NCBI GenBank assembly: GCA_028534125.1
Contig: CM052817.1
Coordinates: forward strand, 1,304,001-1,368,000
DNA from: Lama glama
Lineage: Eukaryota
Length of the DNA: 64,000 nucleotides
Direction: 5' to 3'
Part shown: positions 53,365 through 64,000 of the stretch, piece by piece
Layout of the letters: each line of letters starts with the position of its first letter
Numbering within the stretch: position 1 is the first letter of the stretch
Made by a program: the position numbers and the translations under genes
Notes under the pieces: generated by a model
Told to the model about the DNA's origin: nothing
What the model saw: the letters and a program-made list of their open reading frames with translations, nothing else
The model's database searches: none

Positions 53365-54946
53365 GCCCAGATTCTAGGCCTTTCCTACGGCCTAGCGCTA
53401 GATATTCCTGGCGCCCCCTCTTCGGAGTTCCCAGAGCCCTCTCTGCCTGTGGAAACCTGGAGTCCCCGTTCTCTGCTCGGAGTTGGGTGGCTTAATCCGG
53501 GGATCGCCAACACTGGGTATGTGATTGTGCGTGTGCGATTGGGGGAGAAAGGGGCCAGGATCCTTGAGCCACTAGGAACTGGCCCTTCTCGTGCCTTATC
53601 TCCTGTAAACCTCGGGCAGTGGGGGAGCTGACCAGGGTTGTAGGAACAGTACCCCACAGCCCTTCTGCTGCTGACGTCACTGGTGCGCAAAGACGTGAAG
53701 TGACCTGCATGGAGAGCCAGGACCCAGAACTAAGCCCGGGTGACTTTAGGGCATGCCCAGCCTTCCCCAGCATCACTGAAGCACGAGCTGACCTGGGGTC
53801 CAGACAGGAACCGATTAATTCCCCTGGGTCCTTGGACCCAGCACTAGACTGGAGACCTGGAGCCTTGAGGAGCCTTGAGGACAGGCTGGCCGACTGAAAG
53901 CCTGATGGCGAAATGGAGTCTCATGAATAATGCACATATGCTGCAGCTCCGGGAAGGAGAGAGCATGGCCAAGTCCTTGGGGTGCGGGGCTGTAAGGGAG
54001 GGGCTGGAAACTGCCCGGTGGGTAGATGTCCAGGAGAGAGACCCCCACATCCCACATCCTCCTTGGGTCTGCGGAGGAGATGACACCTCAGGGGGAGGCT
54101 AGACCCCAGGGCACATTCAGACCAGGAGGGTGGACATCTCAGAGTGACAAGATCAGCCTGAAGCCCAGAGTTCTCCCCCAGTATTCTGAACTGTGTCAGA
54201 ACCCTTGGACTTTCCCACAACTCAGGTTGGTAAAAAGAGGAATTTTCCACCTGTCAAATTAGAGCTGGGAGCAGATTAAGTTTCATTTAAAGAAATAAAC
54301 ATGACATTTCTTACATCCTGTGTTGCATGATTCATACCCATTTCATCTGACATTGATTGAATACACTGATGATGACCTGTCCCAGGAGAGTCCCTCAGGA
54401 GCTCTGAGGGTTTCAAAAGGGGAATTACTACCTTCTATAACTGGCAATCCAAAGATGGGGGGACTGCAGGACATACCTGATCCAGGAGCTCTGTCTCCAA
54501 GCTGGTAGCAGTTCCAGCCTCACAATGTCTGGAGGAAGAAGGGCCCTCTTTCCCTGGTGGCCCTCTTAGGAGGGAAGCTGTCCTCCAAGTCTTTTGTGAA
54601 CATCTGCTCCAGCCTCACTGGGCTAGATTGAAGATGCTCTGCTGAGCCAGTTCCTCCAGTGGGGGAAGGCCTGCATGGGTGCCCAGAGCAAGCACTGTGG
54701 CATGAGGGGAGAATTACCTTCGCCTATCAGACTGGCTCTGGAGCAGAGGAAGAGGTGGTGGCCCAACAAATTCAGGGTGCTCTTGGGGCAATGCTGGTTG
54801 GCACTCTGCAAGGCCTGTACCTGTCCTCCTGGACTGGGTAGCTGCTCAGAGCTGCCTTGAGAGGACCTGGGGCTTCTGCTGGATACACATCCCTGTAGGG
54901 GCAGGTCTTGGGCCATCCCCTGAGCTTATGGCCTGAGGGCAGACCT

Positions 54947-55400
54947 TGTGTAGTATACTGATGACAAAAATGTCTCCAGGTTCCTCGCCTTGTGATCTCC
55001 CATCAAGAAGCAGAGTTATTTCCCCCAGTCCTTGGATCTGGGCTGACTTGCTTTGGCCAATAGGGTGCAGCAGGCGTGGCTGTGTGCCAGTTCAGAGCCT
55101 GGACCACAAGTGGTCTTGGGGGTCCCTCTTGTTTGGAGCCCTGCCTGGCTCCAGTATGAGCATGTCCAGGGTGGCCTACTGGGATGGGACACCATGTGAA
55201 GGAGAGCCTGCTCTCCCAGCAGAGGCCATTGGCAACCACCCTAGAAACCAGCAGACCCCAAAATGTGAGGCCAGCCAGGACCAGTACCTCCTCCCCTCAA
55301 CCCCTACTAACTTGTAGATTCACGAGCAACAATACATGTCAATTTGTTTAAAGCACTGAGCTTTCAGGAGGTTTCTTCTGAAGCAACAGCTAACCAACTA
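54947..55400 (+). mobile_element. MaLR (MLT1E/F-like) solo LTR
   Basis: CTCCCATCAAGAAGCAGAGTTATTTCCCC..CCTTGGATCTGGGCTGACTTGCTTTGGCCAATAGG...TTGTTTAAAGCACTGAGCTTT..GCAACAGCTAAC. Confidence 0.75.
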
Positions 55401-56012
55401 CCCATGAGAGCCCAGGGCCTCCGTTCACACTGTGGCTCCCTCCCTCCCCTTCCCTGCTTGAGCCCTTTGAGAGAGCGTCAAGCTGCCCTGGAAAGAGGGC
55501 CAGCCAGGGGAGATCAGGTCCAGCTGATGCTGAGAAAGCGCTCTATGAACCACCTGGGGAATTGACATTCTGCTTAAGTACAGCCAGAAGGCCCTCGTTG
55601 ACAGTATCTGAAACTCACTCGGGCAGGGTATCTTCCATGGGAGATAGTTAAAAAGCAAGATTCTCAGGCCACAGAGATCCAGGCTCTGGTGTAAAGCCCA
55701 GGAATCCGCATTTAGCCGTGTGGCACTGTCGGGGCACGGAAGTGCCAATCTTTTCTCTAACCTAGGGTATTGTGGGGCCGGAGGGAGGCACTAATTGTGA
55801 GGGAGCCAGGGGTGCTGACACTACAGGTTCAGTGTCAGGTGTGGACCGGAGAGGACTTGAAGGCAGCTATTGAGCACAAAATTGGTATCTGTCATGAGTT
55901 TCTTTAACATCACATCTTTATTCAAGTTACAAATAGAAAACCCTAGCCTTACTTCAGGCTGTGAAATTCTTATTACTAATCTTATTTATAAATCTGGTCA
56001 TTCAAACAACTG

Positions 56013-56135
56013 TTTTTTAAAATTTTTTGGGGGGGAGGTAATTAGGTTTATTTATTTTATGTAGGTGCTGGGGATTGAACCCAGGACCTTGTGCATGCTA
56101 AGCATGTGCTCTACCATTGAACTATGCCCACCCCC
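56013..56135 (-). mobile_element. tRNA-derived SINE, camelid Vic-1-like
   Basis: The minus strand reads GGGCATAGTTCAATGGTAGAGCACATGCTTAGCATGCACAAGGTCCTGGGTTCAATCCCCAGCACCT...AAATAAACCTAATTACCTCCCCCCCAAAAAA, with Pol III A and B boxes and an A-rich tail. Confidence 0.8.
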
Positions 56136-57399
56136 TAAATTATTGTTTTGATTCGTCATGTATAGCCCCATTTAGAAACTGAAACCCCCTTAGGCATTTA
56201 AAACTGCATTTATACACGTGGAATCTAAATTTACTTTTTAGCATTTCAGTTGTCTGCCTTATCAAGTATTTCAAAACTCCTGTAGATGTATTAAATGTCT
56301 ACATTTCTCTTAAATTTGTGAATTCTCTTTAATATTCCAATTAGTACAAACTTTGGAAAATCTCATACCTTCCAACTCTAGATCGCTAGCAAAATCAAAT
56401 ACTCAACCACATATTTTACACTGGAATTAGATTTATCTGATACGCTACCATGCCAAATTCCCTTACATAAAATATCAAACACAGAAATTGCTCACAAACT
56501 CAACCCTGAAACATTCATGCTCTGGTTTCCACTTGCTTAGTCATTTCCACACAAGGCTCACTCTTACGGGTTAAAGACCCTCTCTTAGGAAACAGTCCAT
56601 CCCAAGACATTTGGGGTGGCCTCCTTACTGCCGGAGCATTCTGAGGAACCAGGGATGACGGCCCTGGACTGAAACCTGGATATTCTCTGGACAAGGACAA
56701 GCTGGGCTCTCTTTTGATAGCCAAATCCATGCCCAGGTCCAGTTCTGGGAGCTAAACCCAAGGAACCCACCGCCAGACTCTCATTTAATCCCAATTCTGA
56801 CATGCAGTGCCTCCCCAGGGCTGGCATGCCCCTGTGCTGCAGAAGGTTGAGTCCTCCACCTTTTTCCTCTGAGATAGGTCCTGTTATTATCTCTATTAAC
56901 AGGCAAGGGAACTGTGAACTTTGTCTGCAATGGAGCTGGAATTCAAACTCGGACAGGAGGGATCAGGACCTGCATTCTCTTGATTCTCGGAATTGCATCA
57001 GATGCCTGAGGCCCCTGAGAGCTCCAGGCCTCCGCCTGGGTCATGGCCCCTTTCCCAGGACCGGACCGTGGCGAGTCCCTCCACGGGTTCAGTCCTTCCT
57101 TTCCTGACACCTCATGTCCCTGGGATAATCCAGACTTAACCTGGCATCTGGGCTCTCCAAGGTCTGACCCTTGCCTCCCCCGCCCCCCACCTCTGTACTC
57201 CTGGCGCCCTGGGCCGCCTCCAGTTTTCTGAACATGCTAGCCCAAACTTTCTCTACCTAGGCTCCCTATTCTTGGAACTCCAGTCCTTTCAGTTCCCAAG
57301 TCCGAGGTCGCTTCCTCCGGGGAGCCCTCCCAGACGTCTTGGTTGAGTGGCTCCTCCGGCTTCCCTCCCCTCTCCACCACCAGCCTGGGAGAACCCGGG

Positions 57400-58650
57400 A
57401 TCACAGGGACTAGAGGACGGCCCCGGGCCTGGCAGGTCAGGAGTCGAGCGCCCGGACGACCTGCAGACCCAGGCCCAGTTTCTGGCTGATAGTAGAGACC
57501 CCGGGAATATCGCTCAAAAAAACCCTCACTAACGAGGACACTGACGCCGGGATACGCGCGTCCCGCTTGACGCAGCGAGCAGGGCGGCGGGAGCCCAGAC
57601 CACGACTCCCGAGAGGCCTTGCGGGCTGAGGGACACCGACCACATCTCTCGCGGGAAGGCGGGAACTTGAGCTCGCGAGCGGGGGCGTGGCCGGAAGGAG
57701 GATCTTTTCAAAGAGGTAATAGATGGTTCTACTATCCAATAGGATTGAAAATATGCCTCCTCGACCGGCAGACCACGGGAGTAGGGACGCGGACGACCAA
57801 TAGGAAAGCGTGGGGGGCGGAGCCGAGGTCTCCGGAGCGGAAGTGGGACGCTGTTGAGGCGGCGGCGTCTTGCTTGAGGGCTTCTTCTCAGCGGCTTCTG
57901 AAGGTGCTTCCTCGATCGAGTGCGTCGACGACCGCGCCTGCCGAGCCTTACCAGCGCCAGGTAGGGCCAGGCTTCGCCCGGAGGGAGCGGCAAGCCAGGG
58001 CTGGGCAGATTCGGAGTTCGGGCGGCTTCGCGGCCTTGCAGAGGCCTCGGCGCCGCGGCCCAAGGAGCCGCCTTGGCGCGGCGGACCGCGCTCCGCCCCG
58101 ACGCCCCCCGGGCCTCTCCCGGGACCGCGGGTCGACTCGCCCGCCCGCCCTGCCGTCCGCGCGGCTGCAAGAGCCCGGCTCTGTCTGGGCAACGGAAGTG
58201 AGATGCCTCTCCGCGGGTCTCGGTCTCGCCGGCGGGCAGCGGCCGCGGCGCTTCGTCCATAGCGTGGCGGGGGAAACTGAGGCTGGGAGAGGAGGGACGC
58301 GCCCAAGGTCACTCGGGGCGGGGCAGGGCCGGGCGCGGGGGATCGGGGCAGGGCCGGCGAGGGTTTTGTCCGTCCAAGGCCGCTGCCTTTGTGTGCTCGC
58401 GCCGCCGCCCCGCCATCGTGGGCCTGCGAGTTCGCTCGGACGCCAGGCGGAGCCTCCTCGGGGCTGGGACGGGGCTGGGGGCGCCAGGCTGGGGGCAGAG
58501 CTCGATGGGTCCTTGTCTTCCGGTCGGTGGGTCGCGGGACTGGCTGAGGCCTGTGGCCGAGCTCCTCCGCGTGCGCCTGCACCTCCCAGGCGCGCCTGCA
58601 CGCAGGTGCCTGAAGCACTGGACTCAGTGCACGCCCCTTCCCACCCTTTG
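57400..58650. promoter_or_regulatory. RNF4 CpG-island promoter
   Basis: CpG-dense. Motifs: TCTCGCGGGA (57647-57656), palindrome GCTCGCGAGC (57671-57680), CCGGAAG (57691), CCAAT boxes (57736, 57797), GC box GGGGCGGAGC (~57814) and CGGAAGTG (57838). Confidence 0.85.
57835..57960 (+). other. RNF4: RNF4 non-coding exon 1 (start approximate); coding exons lie beyond the right edge
   Basis: GGAAGTGGGACGCTGTTGAGGCGGCGGC resembles the RNF4 5'UTR as I recall it. It ends at the donor CCAG|GTAGGG and sits at the expected syntenic position after CFAP99. There is no coding evidence inside the window. Confidence 0.75.
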
Positions 58651-59304
58651 ACCCTTCCAGGAAGAAGGGCAGAGTTCAGGGCCTGCGGTGGCAGTGTTTG
58701 TGGGGTTTGGGCTTTTGTCTTAACCCTGTCCCTGCCCATCGACGTTCACGGTCTACCTTCGTTCTGCTTCTGCGCCACGTTCTGGAGTCTCAGCTCTGCA
58801 GTCCTGCACTCCACTTAGGCCGCCCGAGTGGCCCGGGAGACCGAGGCGGTCTGCCCAAGGTCACGCAGGACTAGACCTTCGAATTCAGTGACCAGGAGTT
58901 TGGGGACCACTGCTGATGAAAGGCAGAAGTGTGGAAGGGAATCGTTTTGCTTTGTTTTTCTGGCGGTTTGTTTTTTAGTGGGTGGGGAAACATATTAGGT
59001 GGTTTGAGCGGAAATGGAAACATTCAAGTAGAAAGATATATTGCTGGCTTCTGTATTGCCTGAACTTCGCTTCCAACTCTGATTCAAATTTTACTTTAAT
59101 ATAGTGTTTATAAACCTTTTTTCAAAGACCACTCCACCCCCACAGGAACATTCTTACACATTGTTTGCCTGTTTGCCTTCTCCAGGAAATTTTAATGCTG
59201 CTTATATACTCTGTGCCGTTTTTATGAGTCGTTTATGCATATTTACGTTCTGTACATTAAAAGGTTTTTTTCTGTCCCATTTGAGAATGCCAACTTTAAT
59301 ATTC

Positions 59305-59760
59305 TAAGTCAGCATATTTTTGAGGTCTTCTGTGTGCCAAGCTTTCTGCTTGGGGTCCAGCAGTAAACAGAACAGGCATGGTACAGGCCCTGGTGGAGCT
59401 GAGGAGTGAGAGTGTAGAGAGGGAGAAAAAGTCTCTGCGGTTGAAATATAGATGGTACATGAGATGGGACTGGAGAGGTAAGCAGGAGCTAGATCACAGA
59501 AGGTCTTCCGTGGGCCTCACAACAAGGAATTCAGAACTCGTCTTAAGGCCAAGTGGAAGTCACTGACTTGAGTTCTAAGCAGGGAAGTTAACATGGTTAG
59601 ATTCACCTTTTAGAAAAATCACTGTGCTATGAGAAGGGTGGTTAGAAAGGTGGACTAGACTAGTGGCTTCAGGATCAGATAGGAAGAGAGAAGAGAAGGG
59701 TAGCTTGGACCAGGGTGGTGACTGGACACCGAACTTAGTGTCAGTGATGCCAATTGTGGC
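59305..59760 (+). mobile_element. L2 LINE fragment
   Basis: AGCATATTTTTGAGGTCTTCTGTGTGCCAAGCTTTCTGCT...CAGCAGTAAACAGAACAGGCA...TTTTAGAAAAATCACTGTG...TAGCTTGGACCAGGGTGGTG. Confidence 0.7.
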
Positions 59761-60689
59761 AGTTCTTCGCTTAAAGGCCCTTAGCAAAGTCCATGTCCCG
59801 TAGTTTATATACCCCCACCAATCTCTGGGAAAGATTTGGGATGCTACTCTGAAAATGGGTGGACGAGTATTTGTTTGTACTCTGTATGACAGTGGCTTTG
59901 TGAATTCTTGAGTATGTGTTACCAGTGTTGTATTTTGACGTGATTTACCTACATCTTTCACCATCCCCAGATTTTTGAGGGATGAGTAGGTTCATGTAGA
60001 ATGTTACAGGGCTTACTGTCTTGTCGAGATATAATTTACGTGTGTGCTCTTCTACCTTGTTCCTCAGGACTTGAGGTTTCCCCTCTGAGGAGGAAGTCCC
60101 AGAGCACAGATACTGCCTTACCCTGAGGACAGAGTTTAACGTGCTAGAAAACACGGGAAGTTAGGTTGGAGGGTGCCTCTCCAGGGATCTGGATTCTCCT
60201 TTGGAAGTGTTTTTTCCTGGGGCATAAATAAGAACTGGCAAGTTCATTCAATGGTGTGAATTATTTCACACCATGAAGGGTAGGAAAGGCCTGGAAACTT
60301 TTCAAAATGAGTATTATCAGTAGCCTGTTTGTGCAAGAGAGAAATTGTGACCATAAGGCTTTCCTGCAGGCTTTTTAAACCACGTGGTTTCTTAGTGTAC
60401 CCAGTAAGGGTACATTAACTGCAGAGTATACCTCCAGATAGCTAAATAAATGGGCTTGCTGTATCGATTTGACATAAACAAATTTAAAATAAAAGAATGT
60501 CTGCTAAATGGCTTTGTTATCTGCTAACGCCTTTTTGTTTTAGAATTGTAATCCCTGGTTTTAGGACTGTGACCCAGCTGTCTGTAGGGGTTACTCTGGG
60601 TTTGTGATGCAGTCATACGTACTGCTCACTACCGCTTACAAATCCACACCGCCAGCTGGTTGTGGTTGAGGCACAGGAAGGGGGAAGGA

Positions 60690-60770
60690 CAGAGTCACTT
60701 GCCCAAGGTCATACAGTTAGTAAGCAGACCTGGCATCTGAGCCACAGGCTCCAGTGTCTTTGCTCCTTTT
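60690..60770 (-). mobile_element. MIR fragment
   Basis: GTCACTTGCCCAAGGTCATACAGTTAGTAAG. Confidence 0.7.
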
Positions 60771-61727
60771 GCTGGATTGTTGTGTCACACACACTCTTTT
60801 GTGGTGGGAAGGTGCACAGCTGGCGTTTCTAGTAGCTTTAAATAGTGAAAATTGAACTTAAAGAGTGGGGATGTTGTCTTTATTTTTAATGTTTCTTTTT
60901 CAAGTAACATTTACCCAGGAAGGGTCTGATTATAAATATTTTCAAGAAACTTAATTTTCGGTGATTGCATTGTATTCCTGAAGACTTCAGTTACTGTGCC
61001 TGAGTGAGTCTCCCTCCACCTCCCCGCCTCAGCCAGGGAGGCTGTCCTGGGACCAGGGCGTTTCCCTGTCTGCTGCACTTCACCGCTTATTTTAGCCAAA
61101 CTTGCTGAACGCTGCTGCTTGCTGTAGCAGATCAGGATAAAATTTGTTTCCTTTCTAAGCACCTTCTTGATGTTTTCCAATTCTTAACTAATACAATTTT
61201 AAGAACTTTTTCTTCTGGCCTCTTCTTCCAAGCTGAAAGTGCTTCGGGTGGAAGTGTTCTGTCCTGTTCTCCCGTGACGACCACCTGTCAAGTCTGCCTC
61301 TGTTTCTTGATGGTGACTACATTTTTATTTGAAGTGAAAGGCTCCATTTCTCCCATCTCTGAAATTCATTTTTTTCCCTTTGAAAATACCCTGTGCTGTC
61401 CTTCTGAGTATCTACCATCTCTTTCAAGCATCTAATAAGCTTGATACTTTAATTTCAATGGAAGAATCATGTAGCCAGTGTGTTTGCGCCAAATGCTGTG
61501 GAAAGGAGAGGGAATCTGTGACAAGTATTTGACATGAGAGTTATGTTTGTCACGTTGAGACCAGTGGAAGATACTCAGGACCAGGAGGAGTGAGAGGAAT
61601 GTAAGTAACATTTCTTTGAGGTAGGCCTTGAAGAAGGAGCAGGGGTTCCTCAAGGGGGCTGAGGGTAGGGGAACCTTGCCTTTGCTGGGAAGGCAACAGC
61701 ATATATCAAATTATGGCACTGTGATTA

Positions 61728-62402
61728 TGTTACTGGAAAATGGGGCACTGAGAGGATGGCCATGTCCCAGGTCTTGGGTGAGTCCTTGGGGGGTGCCCTC
61801 CAAGTGAGGGTCCTTGGCTTCGCACAGGAAAGAAGTCAAGAGCAAGCCACGGTAAAGTGAAAGTAGATTTGTCCAGGGAGTTACCCACTCCATAGACAGA
61901 GCATGGGCACCTCAGAAGGCAGGAAAAGCCTGGGGAGACGGAGTACCTTGGAAAGCGAGTGACCTAGGAGATACACTTTCCATAGGCAGAACGAGGTCTA
62001 TCTCAGAAGGGAGAGCGACCTCAGGGCATGGGGTTGCCGGGAGAGTGGGAGTGGCCTGGGGTTCAGGGATGTTTTGTTCTTATGGACTGGGTAATTTCAC
62101 ATGCTAACGAGTGGGAGGACTAGTCCACCTCTTTGGGGGAAGGGGCAGGATTTCCAGGAATTGGGCCACTGCCTCCTTTTTGGTCACTTACGGTTTGCCT
62201 GGGAACTGTCATGGTGCCTGGGGGTGTGTCATTCAGGATGCTGATATGTTACAATGAGTGTATAATGAGGCTCAAGTTCTACTGGAAAGTCGAATCTTCC
62301 ACCATCTTGGGGTTAGTAGGTTCTGACCAGTTTTGGTCGCATCCTCAACGGCTGTTGTCATTCTTTTAATGGTTGTGCCCTGCCCCCTTCCTTCCTGTCT
62401 CA
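61728..62402 (-). mobile_element. ERV1-type solo LTR, same family as 51182-51794
   Basis: TGTTACTGGAAAATGGGG...CTTCCTGTCTCA, with colinear shared blocks such as GTGAGGGTCCTTGG, CACAGGAAAGAA, TTTGGGG.AAGGGGC, CCACCATCTTGG and AATGGTTGTGCCCT. Confidence 0.8.
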
Positions 62403-62456
62403 ATAGGAAAGAGCATGGAGTGGATGCCTGACACCCAGGGTACCTGAGGTAAAGTA

Positions 62457-62940
62457 TGGTCAGTTTTGCTTTAAACACTTGTTGGAAGCGTGGATTAGTT
62501 CCAGTGGGGTTGACACATTCAGGAGCCAGCTGAATATAGTGGGAATATTGAGTTTGGTGTGCAGAATTTTGTCCGTGAGAAATAGGTGAGTGTAGAAAAT
62601 TGAACGCAGCTTAACCGAGCCACATAGACCGTAGACCGCATGCACCTCAAGCATCTCCCAGCTGTCTGGGTTGCCTGTGTGTGCTGTGAGGCACACCCTG
62701 CACGTCTGATGTTACAGTGTTTGCCCTACTTCCCGAGAGCTCACAGGCCGCAAACCTGTTAGAGCGCCATAGTTACTGTGGTATATGTGTGTTTCTTAAC
62801 CATTTGATTCATTGAACTGTGCTGCTGGGTTTCTTTTTAGCTTCCTACTGTGTGTGTGATTGACTGATTTTTTGAGTGTGGTACCCGTTTCCTCTTTCCC
62901 GTAAGTCCTGAGCGTTTTTTGGCACTTTATGGGATTTTTG
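62457..62940. mobile_element. MER82-like TcMar-Tigger DNA transposon
   Basis: GTCAGTTTTGCTTTAAACACTTG...TTTGTCCGTGAGAAA...AACCGAGCCACATAG...TTTCTTAACCATTT...TTTTTGAGTGTGGTACCC..TTCCCGTAAGTCCTG resembles the recalled MER82 consensus. Confidence 0.6.
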
Positions 62941-64000
62941 TTGGTTGGTTGGTTGGTTACTGTTTTGAGCTACCGTGTGGAGCCTTTTAACTTCCTCTGG
63001 CCCACTCACTGTTTCTCCTACTGCTCTCCTGCTTTTTGTATCTCTTAGAACATTCCCTTTATAATAAGTGCTTGCCGTCCTGGGAGCCAACGACTATTGA
63101 CTTAGCATTTTATTTCCTAGGAAGAGTTGAAGAGAGCCTGAATCCCACTGCCGAGATGAATGTCTGTAGCGAGCGGGGTCTGGCCAGCCCCCCAAGGCCG
63201 GCGTGCCCCGTCCGCCAGCTGGCCCGCTGCGCGCCTGCCTGAACTGGGAGGCCGTGTCCTGCTCAGAGCTGCCCTGGGCGCCGTGCTGTTTGAGACCAGT
63301 TCCCCTGAATGCAAAAGAAGGGGCTCCCGCTGTGGGGCACCGCTGCTTGGCTGCTCTCTGCTGTAGGTATAGGTTGGAGAACCACATTCTTAAGCTTTTG
63401 ACTTCCCCCTACCACCACGACCACGACCACCAGCACAGCCTGCCCCTTGTCTGATTGTAGTGGTTCTTGATTTACTTCACACACACACGCTCTATGTCAC
63501 CTGAGCCCAGGCTCGTGATTCAGTAGGAGCAGCTACGGTGATTAGCTTTCTGCTCGGGTGCCATCTGCGCAGGCCCCGCATGCCCGCCTCCTGTGAGTTT
63601 CAAATTGGGAGGTGGTTCATGGCTTCAGCAGCTGAGGTCAATTTACCCCACTGGCCTCTGGTATCTTTTCACCCCTGGTGAAATGGGTCCTTAGGTTTCC
63701 TTCATTATCTTACCCTTGCTCCTGGCTTCCAGCAATTGCCTTGTTGTATAACCAGCCCCTCAGAGCCCAGACCACCATGGCTGAAAGAACATTAGGGGCC
63801 AGAGAGGCGGAGAAGCCACCCAGCTTTGCTTCCATGCTGTCCCAGAGAAACCTTTCTGCAAAGGAGTAGTTACAGGACCAAGTAGCCAGCTTTTAACCTG
63901 CCAGAATTGGTTGGATTTGGCGTTTAATAAAGTCCCTTCCAGTTGTGAAGATCTTCCAGCGCAGTCACTGATGCACCCTCATCAGACACGGCTGTTGTAG

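Noticed and set aside
56060..56135. tRNA gene
   Set aside because: It has A and B boxes but continues into a SINE body and A-rich tail, with no convincing cloverleaf.
57437..58818. Overlapping 393-aa (-), 399-aa (+), 243-aa and 263-aa ORFs
   Set aside because: These are low-complexity Arg/Pro/Gly/Ala translations of the RNF4 CpG island, open in several frames at once, which is typical of spurious ORFs.

Overview
This window is GC-rich mammalian genomic DNA, not prokaryotic. It is probably from a camelid, judged from a Vic-1-like tRNA-derived SINE, and I recognise it as the ZFYVE28 - CFAP99 - RNF4 block (human 4p16.3 synteny, recalled rather than searched). It contains: (i) the first coding exon of ZFYVE28/LST2 on the minus strand (MMNRFRKWLYKPK, 20732-20770), with about 20 kb of its intron 1 running off the left edge; (ii) a shared CpG-island head-to-head promoter with inverted ACTACA-type ZNF143/THAP11 motifs, an ETS site and an RFX X-box; (iii) an apparently complete CFAP99 gene on the plus strand, reconstructed by hand as 15 coding exons with consistent GT-AG phases (27613-53104, 647 codons plus stop) and an AATAAA at 53249; (iv) the RNF4 CpG-island promoter and non-coding exon 1 (donor after 57960) plus the start of intron 1. 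The rest is interspersed repeats (L1, L2, MIR, MaLR, ERV1-type solo LTRs, hAT/Tigger MITEs, simple repeats), whose boundaries are approximate and whose family names come from recalled consensus sequences. Most entries in the six-frame ORF track are spurious products of high GC content. I found no convincing new multi-gene system. The best second-look items are a CFAP99 poly(A) signal apparently supplied by a MER53-like MITE, a TSD-flanked L1 with a possible 3' transduction, a palindrome cluster in RNF4 intron 1, a promoter-like CpG island at the CFAP99 3' end, and AT-to-GC erosion of old repeats.
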